Assembly (NCBI RefSeq): GCF_000142905.1
Contig: NW_013657640.1
Coordinates: 61,208-125,207, forward strand
Reading direction: 5' to 3'
Source of the DNA: Thecamonas trahens ATCC 50062
Taxonomy: Eukaryota > Protista > Apusomonadida
DNA: 64,000 nucleotides
Under the pieces are notes generated by a model. It saw only the letters and a program-made list of their open reading frames with translations. It ran no database searches and had not been told where the DNA came from. Each line of letters begins with the position of its first letter. Positions within the stretch are counted from its first letter, which is position 1. Of the stretch, positions 10,901 through 20,915 are shown piece after piece. Both the position numbers and the translations under genes were made by a program.

Positions 10901-11508
10901 ATCGTCGGCCCAGTCGAGCCGCCGTGCCGGATTTTGAGAACCGCACCCGAGTCGGTGCCTGACACCGCCAACGCCCATCCAAAGTTGGGCGAGGCAAGGT
11001 CGTCAGGCGTGAGTGAGGCCAAGCCCCACGTATCGGTCGGCCCACCGTAGGTGATGGACCCAAACGATGAGGGCCAGTTATCGGTATTGGCTTTGTTGAC
11101 ACCAGCTTCTGTACCACTTGCGCCCAACAGCCTCACTCGAGCATCACTCCAGGTTCCAGATGATCGCTCTCTGAGATAGGTCAGAGATATGCCATCGATA
11201 ACTGCGGTAGTTGGCAGCGCAAACTTGGCGTTGAAGCACCTCAGCACTTCTGAACTGGCATCACTGCCTGTATTCTCAAAGTTATCATTGTCCGAGGGCA
11301 AAAGTTTGGTCCATCGACGTGACGATGTCGAGCCATCAGCCGAAGAAGAGCAAATCTCAGTGCCTGTCCGCCAATTCCGCACTTGAGAGTAGCTCTGTCC
11401 CTCCACCACCGCCACCTCCGCCAGCAAAATCGCCACTATAGTAGAGAGCAAGCAGAGCAGGGTGACTCGGAGTGTCACAGCGCCAGCCGCATGAAACCGC
11501 AACGTCAT
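7966..11508 (-). CDS. Single-pass receptor-type RasGAP, copy A: signal peptide, N-terminal domain, IPT/TIG, disintegrin-like Cys repeats, TM, RasGAP
   Basis: Hydrophobic leader; repeated CRxxxGxCDxAExCxGxxxxCPxD; TM helix followed by RRRR; GAP motifs LFRTNSAATKL, FLFLRFFC and LSKVLQNLAN. Confidence 0.88.
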   Translation of the reverse strand: MTLRFHAAGAVTLRVTLLCLLSTIVAILLAEVAVVEGQSYSQVRNWRTGTEICSSSADGSTSSRRWTKLLPSDNDNFENTGSDASSEVLRCFNAKFALPTTAVIDGISLTYLRERSSGTWSDARVRLLGASGTEAGVNKANTDNWPSSFGSITYGGPTDTWGLASLTPDDLASPNFGWALAVSGTDSGAVLKIRHGGSTGPTMTVYYSMNAVVSGHVPAAVTSGEQFRVIGSGLQTSPDAASQEIRCRFGGGASEAAAVSVAADGSSVVCTAPDPALVGASAGSMWKSSVEVSMDGGTTWSGTIDLQYVGCGNGIVDIGENCDETSACCTSSCLFAPATAICRVKAGPCDAAELCPGDATDCPQDDFLPALSVCTSLAADDVCATPGVCNGSSITCPPPGLAAAGTVCRAAADTCDVAETCDGVSTKCPTDKFVASGTMCEAGSECSFPSVCTGSGPNCPPRVMRTSVCRASRGRCDVEESCDGVSPTCPSDSFEPDTKLCATAPSVCATDAFCTGIGPECPAFTLAPAGTVCRPANTSCDLAEECNGLSALCPIDVVLPFGTVCAAARGECENEARCSGVSAMCPARTLKPASTECRPAAGPCDVAEFCTAGAFSCPVDNLVVSGQVCKQDSPCDVPLVCSGMDPGCTEKDDSFEPAASCEARVVAAPPKSNSGAVAGASVVGVLVLLGCIAAGVAAAIVVRRRRAEAARLEMPDLEPFRFYGYATAEMEPTTASLVANAAALGPLFVADARGGEFALAHALFDSLSVGDLDHACKAMLYSYAGSQSGSGLGLVLSRIRVEVAAAADEGTLFRTNSAATKLMQAYARMVGLEYLWQVVGVHVVTLYYKLAGADEGKAMELDATRGSGTEDVAVSRYEVSALAQKVLSSIVRGRREMPPGMVAICQTLHASVGARFGPVGAARGVSGFLFLRFFCSSVAAPESVGFLPHPPEPAIRRQLTLLSKVLQNLANKVMFGGKEPYMIPLNEFLEANAPALDQYIDDLVAAPSPPQAGSVLATAPLPDKVTSAALGVTAGFVVAANSVAEGAFRDVLARHPPLDINISGGDGPPANAAPAAAALPPAPSLGHADSVDGIELSLLGNDRLAGKVDVDAVDGDSCDEATASGEAAAEAGASKTSETEAQLTSAFSLLNQLAVILAFVGTPAKRTAILRQPVQAKSKR

Positions 11509-11770
11509 TCTGGAATTGAGAGGGGGGGAGGAGGGAGGGAGGGAGGGGAGGAGTGAGGTATGCTCTGTCCTCCGGCCAGTCTCCCCGCCCCCCGGGCTCC
11601 CGTTCCGTGTGCCTGACCGCACGCGAGCCTTTGGCACCCCCCTTCTGGGGGAAAAAAAAAGGAGAGAGAAGGGGGAAAGGGGGGAAGGGGGGAGGGAGGA
11701 TGTGTTTGTGTTTGCCATGGACAACGCGAGTGGGAGTAGGCAGGGATGTGGCTCGGCTTGGTTGCTGCTG

Positions 11771-14700
11771 TCACGATGTGAGCAGATCCTTGAGGCGCAC
11801 CGGCTCTGGGAGGAATGCGAGACACTGCGCAAGCTGCTCGGCAAACGACGCGGCTGTCGGTTCGGTCGGGGGCGTGGGATGGCTGGAGGCAGCAGCCTTA
11901 GCGGGCTCGGTGGCGGCAGGCTCAGCTCCGGCGGGCTCGGGGGTGGCAGGCTCAGCGGTAGCAGGCTCAGCGGCGGTAGGCTCAGCGGCAGCTTCAACAT
12001 CAGCGAGGCCGTGGCCGGCGATGGGAGGAATGTGATCCAGCTGGGCCATGAGCGCTGGCTTGGACTGGGCGTACGTATCGGTGAGGGTGTGGACGACGCC
12101 GGCGGCGACCTGGAGCGCCTTGTCTGGCGGTGGAGGCGCGATGACAGCCGAGCCGGTGTCGATGCGACGGGCGAGGACTGCGCCGACGTAGGCATCGACG
12201 TTACCCAGGTTGGAGAGAACAAAGTCGTTGAACTGCGACATGTGCGGCTCTTTGCCGCCAAACTCGACCTTGTTGGCCACGTTCTGGAGGATCTTAGCAA
12301 CAACGACCAGCGACTTGCGGGTGGTGGGCTGGACGAGCGGCGTCATGCCCATTGCCGACGGCATCGAGACCGCCGGGCAGAGTGCGCGCAGGAAGACAAA
12401 GGCGAGGACGGACTTGGTTGCTGGATCGTCACCAAACTTGGCACGGACAAGTCCGTAGAGAGCCTGCAGGATCTGGACCATGCCGTTAGGCATCGCCTCG
12501 ACCGCCGCCAGCGACGCCGACAGCATCTTCTGCGCAAGTGCCATGGCGGCGTACTTCACCACGCCGATCTCGAGCGCGTCGTCGAGATCGCCGTCGCCGT
12601 GCTGGCGGACGTCAAGCGACTCGACCTCGACAACGGCGTCGGTTGCGCGTGCATCCCCCTCGTTGTCACGGACAAAGATGGCAACCAGCTCGCCGACCGA
12701 CGCCCACACAAACTCAAGGCCCACCGCACGGGTGTAGGCTTGCCACAGTTTGGACGCAGCAGAGTTGGCCCGGAGCAGGGAACCGGTGTCCTGTGCAGCG
12801 GCAACCTCGACTGACAGCGCATCAATGACAACAGCCTCGGCAAAGCCGGGCGCCATGTACAGATACAGCATCGCCCGCAGGAGGCGGTCACGGTCGGCAA
12901 AGTCCGAGACCTCGACAAGACTCCGCGCGAGGGCAAACCGGTCCTCGCCACGCTCAACTTCGCCATCGCCTTCAAAGACAACGCCCAACAGCAGCGCGGC
13001 GCACGCCCGTGCCCGAGTAAGCGCCGACATGTTGCTCGTGGCAAAGTTGTAGTAGCGGAACGGTGCAAAGTCCGGCATAGTGATGTGGCGCGCTGCGCGC
13101 CGCCGCCACATCACATACGCCAGCACGGCCACAACAAGTAGACCCAGAAAGGCGAGGGCGCCCATGGTCGAGGCGGCAGCCACAGCAGCTTTGGACTTGT
13201 CAGTCCGCGGCTTCTGCACTGTGCTACTCAGGCACGAGTCGGGAATTGGCGTGGATGTGTTGGTACACGCCGAGCTTTCCCCACTGCACACCAGCGACGG
13301 CTCACACGGCAACGCACCGGCAGCCCGGCACTCAAAGCCGGCCGGGTGCAGCTCGTCGATGGGACAAGTCGGCGCCGTACCCGAGCATGTCTCTGGTGCA
13401 TCACATGGCTGGCTAGAGGCCCGGCAGACAACGTCGGTACCCAGCAGCTGGTTTGCCGGGCAGCCGCTCGACGCGCCATCACAGACCGAGTTGGCCACGC
13501 ACGGGAACGAGCTCGATGAGCACACGGTGCCGGCGGCAAGCTTGGCATCTTCTGGGCAGTTGGCCGACACGCCATCGCAGGCCTCGGCCGGGTCACATGG
13601 CCCGCCCGACGCCCGGCACTCGATGCCTGCAGACTGCGGCAGGTTGGCAGGGCACGCAGGGCCTGCGCCAGAGCAAACAGAGTCCTGTTCACATGGTCCG
13701 GATGCAGCCGAGCATAGGGTGTCCTTGGGCAGAAACCCATCGATGGGGCAGGAGCCGGAAACGCAAGTCTCCGGCACGTCGCAGTGCGGGCCTGATGCCG
13801 GCACACCTCGGCAGAGCGTGCCATCGGGGAAGGAAACCGAGGCCGGGCAGGACTTGGCGACTCCATCACACGTCGCGTTGTATGCGCACGACGACTGCGG
13901 TCGACAAAGCTCACCAGAGGCCTTGACGGCATCGCTCGGGCACGTGTCCGACACGCCGGTGCAAAACTCGGGCTGATCGCAGCTGTCGCTTGCTGGGCGA
14001 CAGACAAACGTTGCCGGCTGGAAGCCAGACGGAGGACAGATCTTGGCCACGCCGTCGCACGTCGACTTTTTGGCGCATGGTTGGCTAGCGCTGCCGCACT
14101 CGGTGCCTGCGGCGAGTGTGACATCGGGGGGGCATGCCGGCGTGATGCCATCGCACTGCTCGGCCGCGTCACACAGATCGGCGGCGACGCGGCAGACGGT
14201 GCTAGCAGCCCGCAGCATGCACGTGCCGACGTCACAGCACAAGCCTGACTCGCACTGCTCGCCAGCTTCAACCACATTGTTGCCGCATCCTTTGTAGACA
14301 ATCGAGAACGACTCGGACGTCGTGTCCGGCACCGGTGAGATCGTACCGGGGCTGGAGCTATCCGAGAGCCCGACGCTGATCGAGTAGCGCCAGACAGTGG
14401 GAACCGGCTGGCTGGGAACGACAAAGTGGATCTCCGAAGAGCTCACAACAGTGACCAGTGCTGGCGTCGGTGACGCTGGTGTGGCCGTGTACGCCGTCGT
14501 TCCGGCCAACACCACCATATCGCCCGTCGGGCGTGGTTCAAACCCGGTGCCGATGATGGTAACCACGGTGCCAGCATCAACCATGGTTGGCGAGACGTCC
14601 GTGACCGTCACCGTGATCGAAGTGTGGACAAAGACATCAGCACGGAAGAGAAACGTCTTGCTTCCGCCCGAAACGCTGCGCGAGGCAAAGCCGACGCCAA

Positions 14701-15244
14701 ACTGGCTTCGACGGATGGCGGTGGCCGTCAGCGCTGCTCCCCAACTATCAAACTTCCCACCGTACGACGCCAGGCCGTAGTCCATACTTCCTGAAGATCC
14801 CAGGTAGCGTGGATACGAGACGACGGTGTTTCTCTTGTCGACGCCCAGCTGGCCCGTGACAGTGTCATACAACACAATGGCATCGTCAACCGACATCGCA
14901 GACGTGTCCTCGATCGTTCTGTACCAATCAACAGAAACGCCATCAATGGTCCTTGAGGGTGGCAGCGACGAATCAAAGCCAAGATCATGCTGGACAAAGA
15001 GCCTTGACACGCCATTGCTTGAAGTCTCCGCATAGCTCCCAGAAGACGAAGACGGCACGCTTCCGCTGCCCGACCACGACACGCCTGATCCGGTGACAAA
15101 GGCACTACCACTGCTTGATTGATACACCTCACGAACAACGAGACCAGAACAGCAAGTCGGCATACTTGAAACAATCGTCATCGTCACCATCGCAATCATC
15201 ATCATCGTCATCGTCATCGTCATCGATGACTCTCCACGAGTCAT
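11771..15244 (-). CDS. Single-pass receptor-type RasGAP, copy B (tandem paralog); start approximate
   Basis: Same architecture as copy A. Motifs LLRANSAASKL, FVFLRALCPAV and AKILQNVANKVEFGGKE. AEPAT 15-bp repeats near the C-terminus. Confidence 0.86.
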   Translation of the reverse strand: MTRGESSMTMTMTMMMIAMVTMTIVSSMPTCCSGLVVREVYQSSSGSAFVTGSGVSWSGSGSVPSSSSGSYAETSSNGVSRLFVQHDLGFDSSLPPSRTIDGVSVDWYRTIEDTSAMSVDDAIVLYDTVTGQLGVDKRNTVVSYPRYLGSSGSMDYGLASYGGKFDSWGAALTATAIRRSQFGVGFASRSVSGGSKTFLFRADVFVHTSITVTVTDVSPTMVDAGTVVTIIGTGFEPRPTGDMVVLAGTTAYTATPASPTPALVTVVSSSEIHFVVPSQPVPTVWRYSISVGLSDSSSPGTISPVPDTTSESFSIVYKGCGNNVVEAGEQCESGLCCDVGTCMLRAASTVCRVAADLCDAAEQCDGITPACPPDVTLAAGTECGSASQPCAKKSTCDGVAKICPPSGFQPATFVCRPASDSCDQPEFCTGVSDTCPSDAVKASGELCRPQSSCAYNATCDGVAKSCPASVSFPDGTLCRGVPASGPHCDVPETCVSGSCPIDGFLPKDTLCSAASGPCEQDSVCSGAGPACPANLPQSAGIECRASGGPCDPAEACDGVSANCPEDAKLAAGTVCSSSSFPCVANSVCDGASSGCPANQLLGTDVVCRASSQPCDAPETCSGTAPTCPIDELHPAGFECRAAGALPCEPSLVCSGESSACTNTSTPIPDSCLSSTVQKPRTDKSKAAVAAASTMGALAFLGLLVVAVLAYVMWRRRAARHITMPDFAPFRYYNFATSNMSALTRARACAALLLGVVFEGDGEVERGEDRFALARSLVEVSDFADRDRLLRAMLYLYMAPGFAEAVVIDALSVEVAAAQDTGSLLRANSAASKLWQAYTRAVGLEFVWASVGELVAIFVRDNEGDARATDAVVEVESLDVRQHGDGDLDDALEIGVVKYAAMALAQKMLSASLAAVEAMPNGMVQILQALYGLVRAKFGDDPATKSVLAFVFLRALCPAVSMPSAMGMTPLVQPTTRKSLVVVAKILQNVANKVEFGGKEPHMSQFNDFVLSNLGNVDAYVGAVLARRIDTGSAVIAPPPPDKALQVAAGVVHTLTDTYAQSKPALMAQLDHIPPIAGHGLADVEAAAEPTAAEPATAEPATPEPAGAEPAATEPAKAAASSHPTPPTEPTAASFAEQLAQCLAFLPEPVRLKDLLTS

Positions 15245-15617
15245 CACCTTTCCAGGCTGCGCCTCACAGGTCCGCCACCACCAAGTCGAAATGGCAGACA
15301 CTTTCGAAACAACATAAGCAACCGCACGAAAGGGGGGGGGGGAGGGGGAGGGAGGGAGGGGGTGGATGAGGGAGGGCGTGCTTCTATGTTTGCTTGCAGG
15401 TGCTTGCAGGCTTCGGCGGCAACAGCGAGACAACAAAAGTGGAGTGGGTGGAGATTGGCCCGAGAAAAAGAAAAAAGCAGTGCTACCGCAAAAAAACGGA
15501 ACGGGGCGGTGTGCGGTGTGTGGTGTGCGGTGTACTGTGGCCATGGCTGTGGCGATTGTCCCTCAGTTGTTGCCTCTTCTGCCGATTTAATCGGAGCCTT
15601 TGGCTTGGGTCTCAAAG

Positions 15618-17412
15618 CTAGAGATCAGCCCAGCGCCAGTCGGAGAGGCCAGCGCCAAAGGAGGCGCGCCAGTTGCGGCGGGACATGGACTGGCGACGGG
15701 CACGCTCCGAGTCGAGGTACTCTTGCCACTTTTCGACAGTGAGCGACTGGAAGGCCGAGACGAGCGGATTGAGCTCGACTGAGTTCTTTGTGGCGTGGAG
15801 GTCGTTGCACGCCTGCTCCTCCTCGAGTGCGTAGAGGTCCTGCTTGAGGACAGGGACGAGGTAGAGCTTGTGGATGCCGGCGACGATGGGCGGGCGGATC
15901 CAGTTGGGGATGTCGATAGGCCCAGCCTTCATCTCCTTCCATGTAAAGATGTAGAAGGTGCGGGTGCGCTTCTCGTCGATGGGGAGGAGGAAGCAGATGT
16001 GGGCGTACTTGTTGGCCAGGTCGGAGCGCTGGTACGGGTACTGGTACTCGAGGACGATGGTATCCTGGCCGGTGTTGGTGCCGAGGATCTTGGCGCCCGG
16101 CGAGGAGGCCATGTCGGTGAGGTACTCAACGCGGACGGTGTCGCCGATGCGGGCGGTCGACTTGAGGTGAGGCCAGACAAAGGGACGGTACTTGCGGTGG
16201 AGGAAGGCATGCATAAAGTCGCAGTTGTTGTCGACAATGAGCGTCCAGTGAGCGTTGACCGAGAGGTCGACAATCTGGTGGGCCAGAGCCGGGTTCTCCA
16301 CCAGATGCGGGATGGACGGCAGCGGAACCGAGTCGGCCAGCGCCGGGTCACCTGGAAAGACAAAGATGAGGCCGTACTTGACGGCGATGGGGTAGGTGCG
16401 GACGGAGATCTTGGGCAGGTTCGGGCCCGAGACGCACGGCGCGCCGTCGACAGTCTCGCCGGGCGTGGGATCGACAGGCATGCTCTCCTTGCGGAATGCG
16501 TCCGGGATCTCGTGCGCGATCTTGACGACCTTGCCGTGCTCGTCGTATGCCCAGCCATGGTAGCAGCACGCAAGCGTCTCGCCCTCGACAAAGCCGGCCG
16601 AGAGGCGGAGCTGGCGGTGGGCGCAGCGGTCCTCGATGGCATGCAGCTTGCCGTTGGCGTCGCGCCAGATGGCGATCGAGGTCTTCCAGAACACGGCGGC
16701 CACCACCTCTTCGTTCTTCACATTGGCGTCAACCTCGACGGCGTACCAGAAGTTACCCGACGGGCCGGCGAGCCGTGCCTTGGCCCGCTTGGGCAGACCG
16801 GGCGTCGAGAACCTGAGCGACTCGGCCAGAGGCGACTCAATGTCTTCTCCAGGCACGCCGCCCTTGCCGCCCTTGCCGCCCGTCGCACACACATGGACGC
16901 CCGTCGTCAAGCACTGCTGCCGCACCGGGCACGGACCGCAATGGCCGGCTGTTCCAGGAGCTGCGCTCGGGTCGACCTCGGACAGATCCTCCAGGTCCAC
17001 CAGCGGCGGGCCTGTGCATGGTCCGAGACGAGCCGAGAGTCGGAGTAGTTGGTTGACCACATGAGTCGTCGTCGCACACACCACCATATCGAGTAGCGGA
17101 AGATGAGGGAGTGAGTAGGGCGAGGTAGGAGAGCAGAGCCATCATCATCATCACTATGGTCGTCATCATGGTCGTCATGGTCACCATCATGGTCGTCATC
17201 ATGGTCGTCATCATGGCCGTCATGGTCACCATCATGGTCGTCATCATGGTCATCATGGTCACCATCATGGTGGTCATCATGGCCGTCATGGTCACCATCA
17301 TGGTCATCATCATGGTCATCATCATCACCCCCATCATCATCACCCCCATCATCATCATCCCCATCCACCCCACCCCCACCCCCACCCCCACCCCTTATCA
17401 TCATCATCATCC

Positions 17413-17443
<31 letters not shown>

Positions 17444-17838
17444 TATCATCCTCATCGATTGATAAAAATTGTCCGATGCCATCACCAGTCGAATGGCAGC
17501 TGACCAACGATGGTGGGTGATCAGAGACGGCAGCAGCCAGAGGGGGGGGGGGGGGGGGCTGGTACGGGGGAATGCAAACAGTGAGACATACCAGAAGAAG
17601 AGGCCGAGGTTGGTGAAGGGTGGACACCATGGGGTGTGGGTGTGGAGGGGCCAGGTTGGTCGAGGGTGGCGGTAGGAGCAGCACTGGTGGTGGCGGTGGC
17701 GGGGGTGGCGGTAACACTTGCAGCAGCGGCGGAGGCAAGGTGACGACGGGTATGACGATGGAGAACAGCAAGGGGAGGTGACGACTCGGGGGCAAGCTGT
17801 TGAAGCAACTTGAACGTCCGCGCCTTGGCAGAGCTCAT
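15618..17838 (-). CDS. Rieske [2Fe-2S] non-heme iron oxygenase; exons 17838-17592 and 17011-15618
   Basis: DRCAHR...CCYHGW Rieske motif and DNNCDFMHAFLH mononuclear-iron motif. The GTATGT...CAG intron has matching phase 1 and a TACTCAC branch near 17114. Confidence 0.88.
17139..17456. repeat. Intronic (CAT/GGT/CGT)n and (CAT)n microsatellite tract
   Basis: Seen directly inside the Rieske gene intron. Confidence 0.85.
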
Positions 17839-18145
17839 CTCTCTCTCTCTCCTCCCAAAGTGCTGGCAAAGTGCAGTGCTAGCAACAAAGACCTCCTGTT
17901 CCTGCTCAACACGGAAGTCCGCCATTGCCAAAAGGTGCTTTGCACTGGTTCACAAACTCGGCCCAACGCGGCAAATCGCACACGTGGCACGACCCAACCT
18001 GACCCGGTTGGCCGACTACCATTTGGCAGCCATGCACATCGCATGGCAACCTCAATCGCCCCGCCAATTCCATAGATTTACAGAGGGGGGGGGGGGGGGG
18101 TGCAAGAGGCTGCCGTTCGCAAGGTTCACGTCCATGGTCATACTC

Positions 18146-20469
18146 TCATTCCTGTGACTGCGACGGGTCGAGGAGCTGTGATATGGGTCCGAGCGAGGCG
18201 GTGCGCGGAAGCGAGGCCGGCGGCGATGGCGCGCCGGTCCACTCCATGGGGACGCGAGCCTCGATAAGTGAGTTGTTGCGAGCGAGAACTGGTCCGCCCA
18301 TGCCGCTGCCAACACCCGAGGTGGCGCGCGGTGATGGCGGCGGCGAGTCGAGCGCGAGCGGCGGCGGAGGCGGCGGCGCGGGCGCCGACGGCAACGAGTC
18401 GTCGGGCGAGGGCGAGGACGGATCGGGGGTGAGCTTGGCGAGCGTCTGCGAGAGCGTCTCCATCTTCTCCTGTGACGGGAACTTGGTGACAACCTGCTGG
18501 CGGCCGACGACTCTACCGCGGATCTGCCCTCGGAAGATCGACGACGCCGGCTGGAAGCCACGGCCGGTCCCGAGCTCCAGTGCCGAGTCCGAGTCGAGCA
18601 ACTCGAGCCGCTCGCCGTGGAACATGACTGAGCCGGACGGGCTCGGCTCGTCGAGGTAGTCGTCGTGGGTGTCGTCGTCGAGGCACGACCGTGCAGGCCG
18701 ACCACCAGCCACCGATGAAAGCGCCGCCAACGACGATGCCGCGGTGCCGGTCAGCACCTTGCGTCGCTTCATCGACGGAACCGTGCCGACCTCGATGGCC
18801 AGTACGTTGTCGTCGACGCGGAGAACTGATGACGGCGTGTTGGCCGCAGGCATGAGCGTCGGCCCGGGCGGCGACGGCGGCTTGGAGCTCGCCGACGACG
18901 CCGCTGGAGACACCTTGGGGCTCGCGCCGACTACCCCGCCGGACATCACCGCCGCTGCTGCTGCCTGCATCGACTGCGACTGCGAAATGGCCTCGGAAAA
19001 GACCTCGAGCGACGCCGTGTCCTGCGACGCCGACGCTGCTCGCTTACGCTTGCGCGACTGCGACCGTCCGGGCGAGCGGGCGAGCGCAATCAGCGCCTCG
19101 TGGACCGCCGAAGACTCGAGCATCGACGACGACGAGGCCGAGCCACCGCCGTCGAGGCGCGGATTGGCCAGCAAGTCTTCCGACGAGAGCGAGGCTCGCG
19201 AGTCGGACGCCGAGCCCTCATTGGCGGCGCCCGACCTGGAACTCCGCGAACTGCGCCGGCCAGTACGGACCCGTCGCCGCCGGACCCGCCGCTTGCCCGA
19301 CCCGACAGCGCTCTCCGGCTCGAGGCCGGATGCCTCGGGCAGCGCCGCGATCTTGGACACCACACCTCCGCCGGCAGCGCTGTTGAGCGACGGCCGCTGC
19401 AGGACGACTCGCAGCTGGGTGCGCTTGGTCTTGTCCGACGGCGCCGAGGACTTGACCCTCTTGCTAGGCACGACCTTGGTGCTTCCCGCCAGCGACTTGG
19501 TCCGGGCGCTCGCTTTCTTGAACGCTGCCGTGCCCTTGGCCGGCTTGGACTCGTCGGCCGCCTTGGCCGCTCCCGACGACGCCGACATCTTCTCAGCCAG
19601 CGCCTTGGCGCGGCGCTTGCGCCGCTTCTGCGCCGACGCGACGGCAGCCACAATCGTGGCCGGGTTGGGCTCGGGCAGGCCTGCGGCGCGGGCCTCAAGG
19701 GTGACCTGGGTGGCATGCGCAGCACGCATGGCACGCTCGCGGGCCTTGACAAACGCCTTTTCGCCCTTGACCGCCTCAACTCGGGCAAGGTACTCGATGC
19801 GCTCCTTCTCGACCAGCTTGGGATCGTCAAAGTGGGTGCGGGAGACGAGGGGGTGAGGACCTTGGACTTTTTGAGGGTCAGCGACTCGCGGTTCGACTCG
19901 TCGACCTCGAGGCAGTGAAAGATGGCGTACTCGGGGTTCGAGTCGCCGTCAGCAGCGAGCCAGATCTTGCGAAAGACGTACTTGCGGTCCTGCCGCCGGC
20001 GATACTGGACACTCAGCTGGTCGTCAAGAACCTGCTTTGCGCCACGCGGGGCGATCCATTCAAAGTGCTTCTCGCGGCCCATGCGACGAAAGCGCGGCAA
20101 GCCGCCCTTGAAGAACACAATGTGGCGGGCGTAGCTCTCAAAGTGGCAGGCGCCAGCACCGGCCGACTTGAGCTCGTCGCGCTCAAAGGTGGGAAAGCAG
20201 GCAGTCTTGGGCCCGCCCCGCTTTTTGTCCATCAACAGCTCGAGATAGAGTCTGTAGTCGAGGAAGCAGTTTGTCTGCGGATCGACGTAGAGAACGCCAT
20301 CCGGCGGCCGGGAGATCACGATGGAGAACGGGGTTTCCGCCACGGCCTTCTTCTTCCTCTTCTTCCTCTTGCTCGCTCCGCTTGCCGCCCGAGCCTTGCT
20401 TGCGCCTGCTCCACGCCCTTTGGGCCCACTTGCGGCTTCACTTCGCCTGCTTGTGGTAGCCGTGCTCAT
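18146..20469 (-). CDS. Hypothetical protein with a globular N-terminal domain and a long Ser/Ala/Lys-rich tail; one frameshift at about 19850
   Basis: ORF 20469-> (MSTATTSRR...KSKVLTP) continues as LVSRTHFDDPKLVEKER in the -1 frame at a C5 run. Codon bias looks coding on both sides. Contains KRKKRKKK, an NLS-like run. Confidence 0.6.
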
Positions 20470-20915
20470 GGTCCTGGCTTCTTCCGAGCGGCCGCAGTGG
20501 CAAAGACTCGGTGGCGGTCGGCAGTGGCCGGTGGGTGTGGGTGGGTGGCCGGTGGCCGGTGGGTGGCGGCGGCGACGGCGCCGAGTGGCCAAAAAAAGGT
20601 CGCGAACCGGCGGGAGGGGAGACCAGCTAAACCGACGTGGCGTCTGGTGTCTGCCCGTCACACAACAGCTAGTGGCCTCTGACGCCCAACAGTAGGCTTC
20701 TGCTGTTGCTCAGAGAGCTGGTTGCCTATCAACCCCGCCCCCGGACGAGCCGTGCCTGCCCTTAACCCCCGTCTGACACTCGAAACCGACCAAACGCCAA
20801 AACTGCGACCTTTTTTCGCTTGGCCGCCCAAATCCGAGGGGGGGGGGGGGGCAGCAGTCAAAACAACTTAGATCGTTTGGTTTGATAGCGCCGTGCTGCG
20901 AGGAAGCAGCCGAGG

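Noticed and set aside
11509-12303. N-terminal extension of the 1445-aa ORF suggesting fusion or overlap of the two RasGAP genes
   Set aside because: The extension is an off-frame read of copy B's 3' end plus the intergenic sequence; the signal peptide begins at ATG 11508.
7931-14424. Long antisense and alternate-frame ORFs over the RasGAP genes, and similar ones throughout the window
   Set aside because: Expected shadows of high-GC codon bias; they carry no motifs, and the sense frame explains the region.
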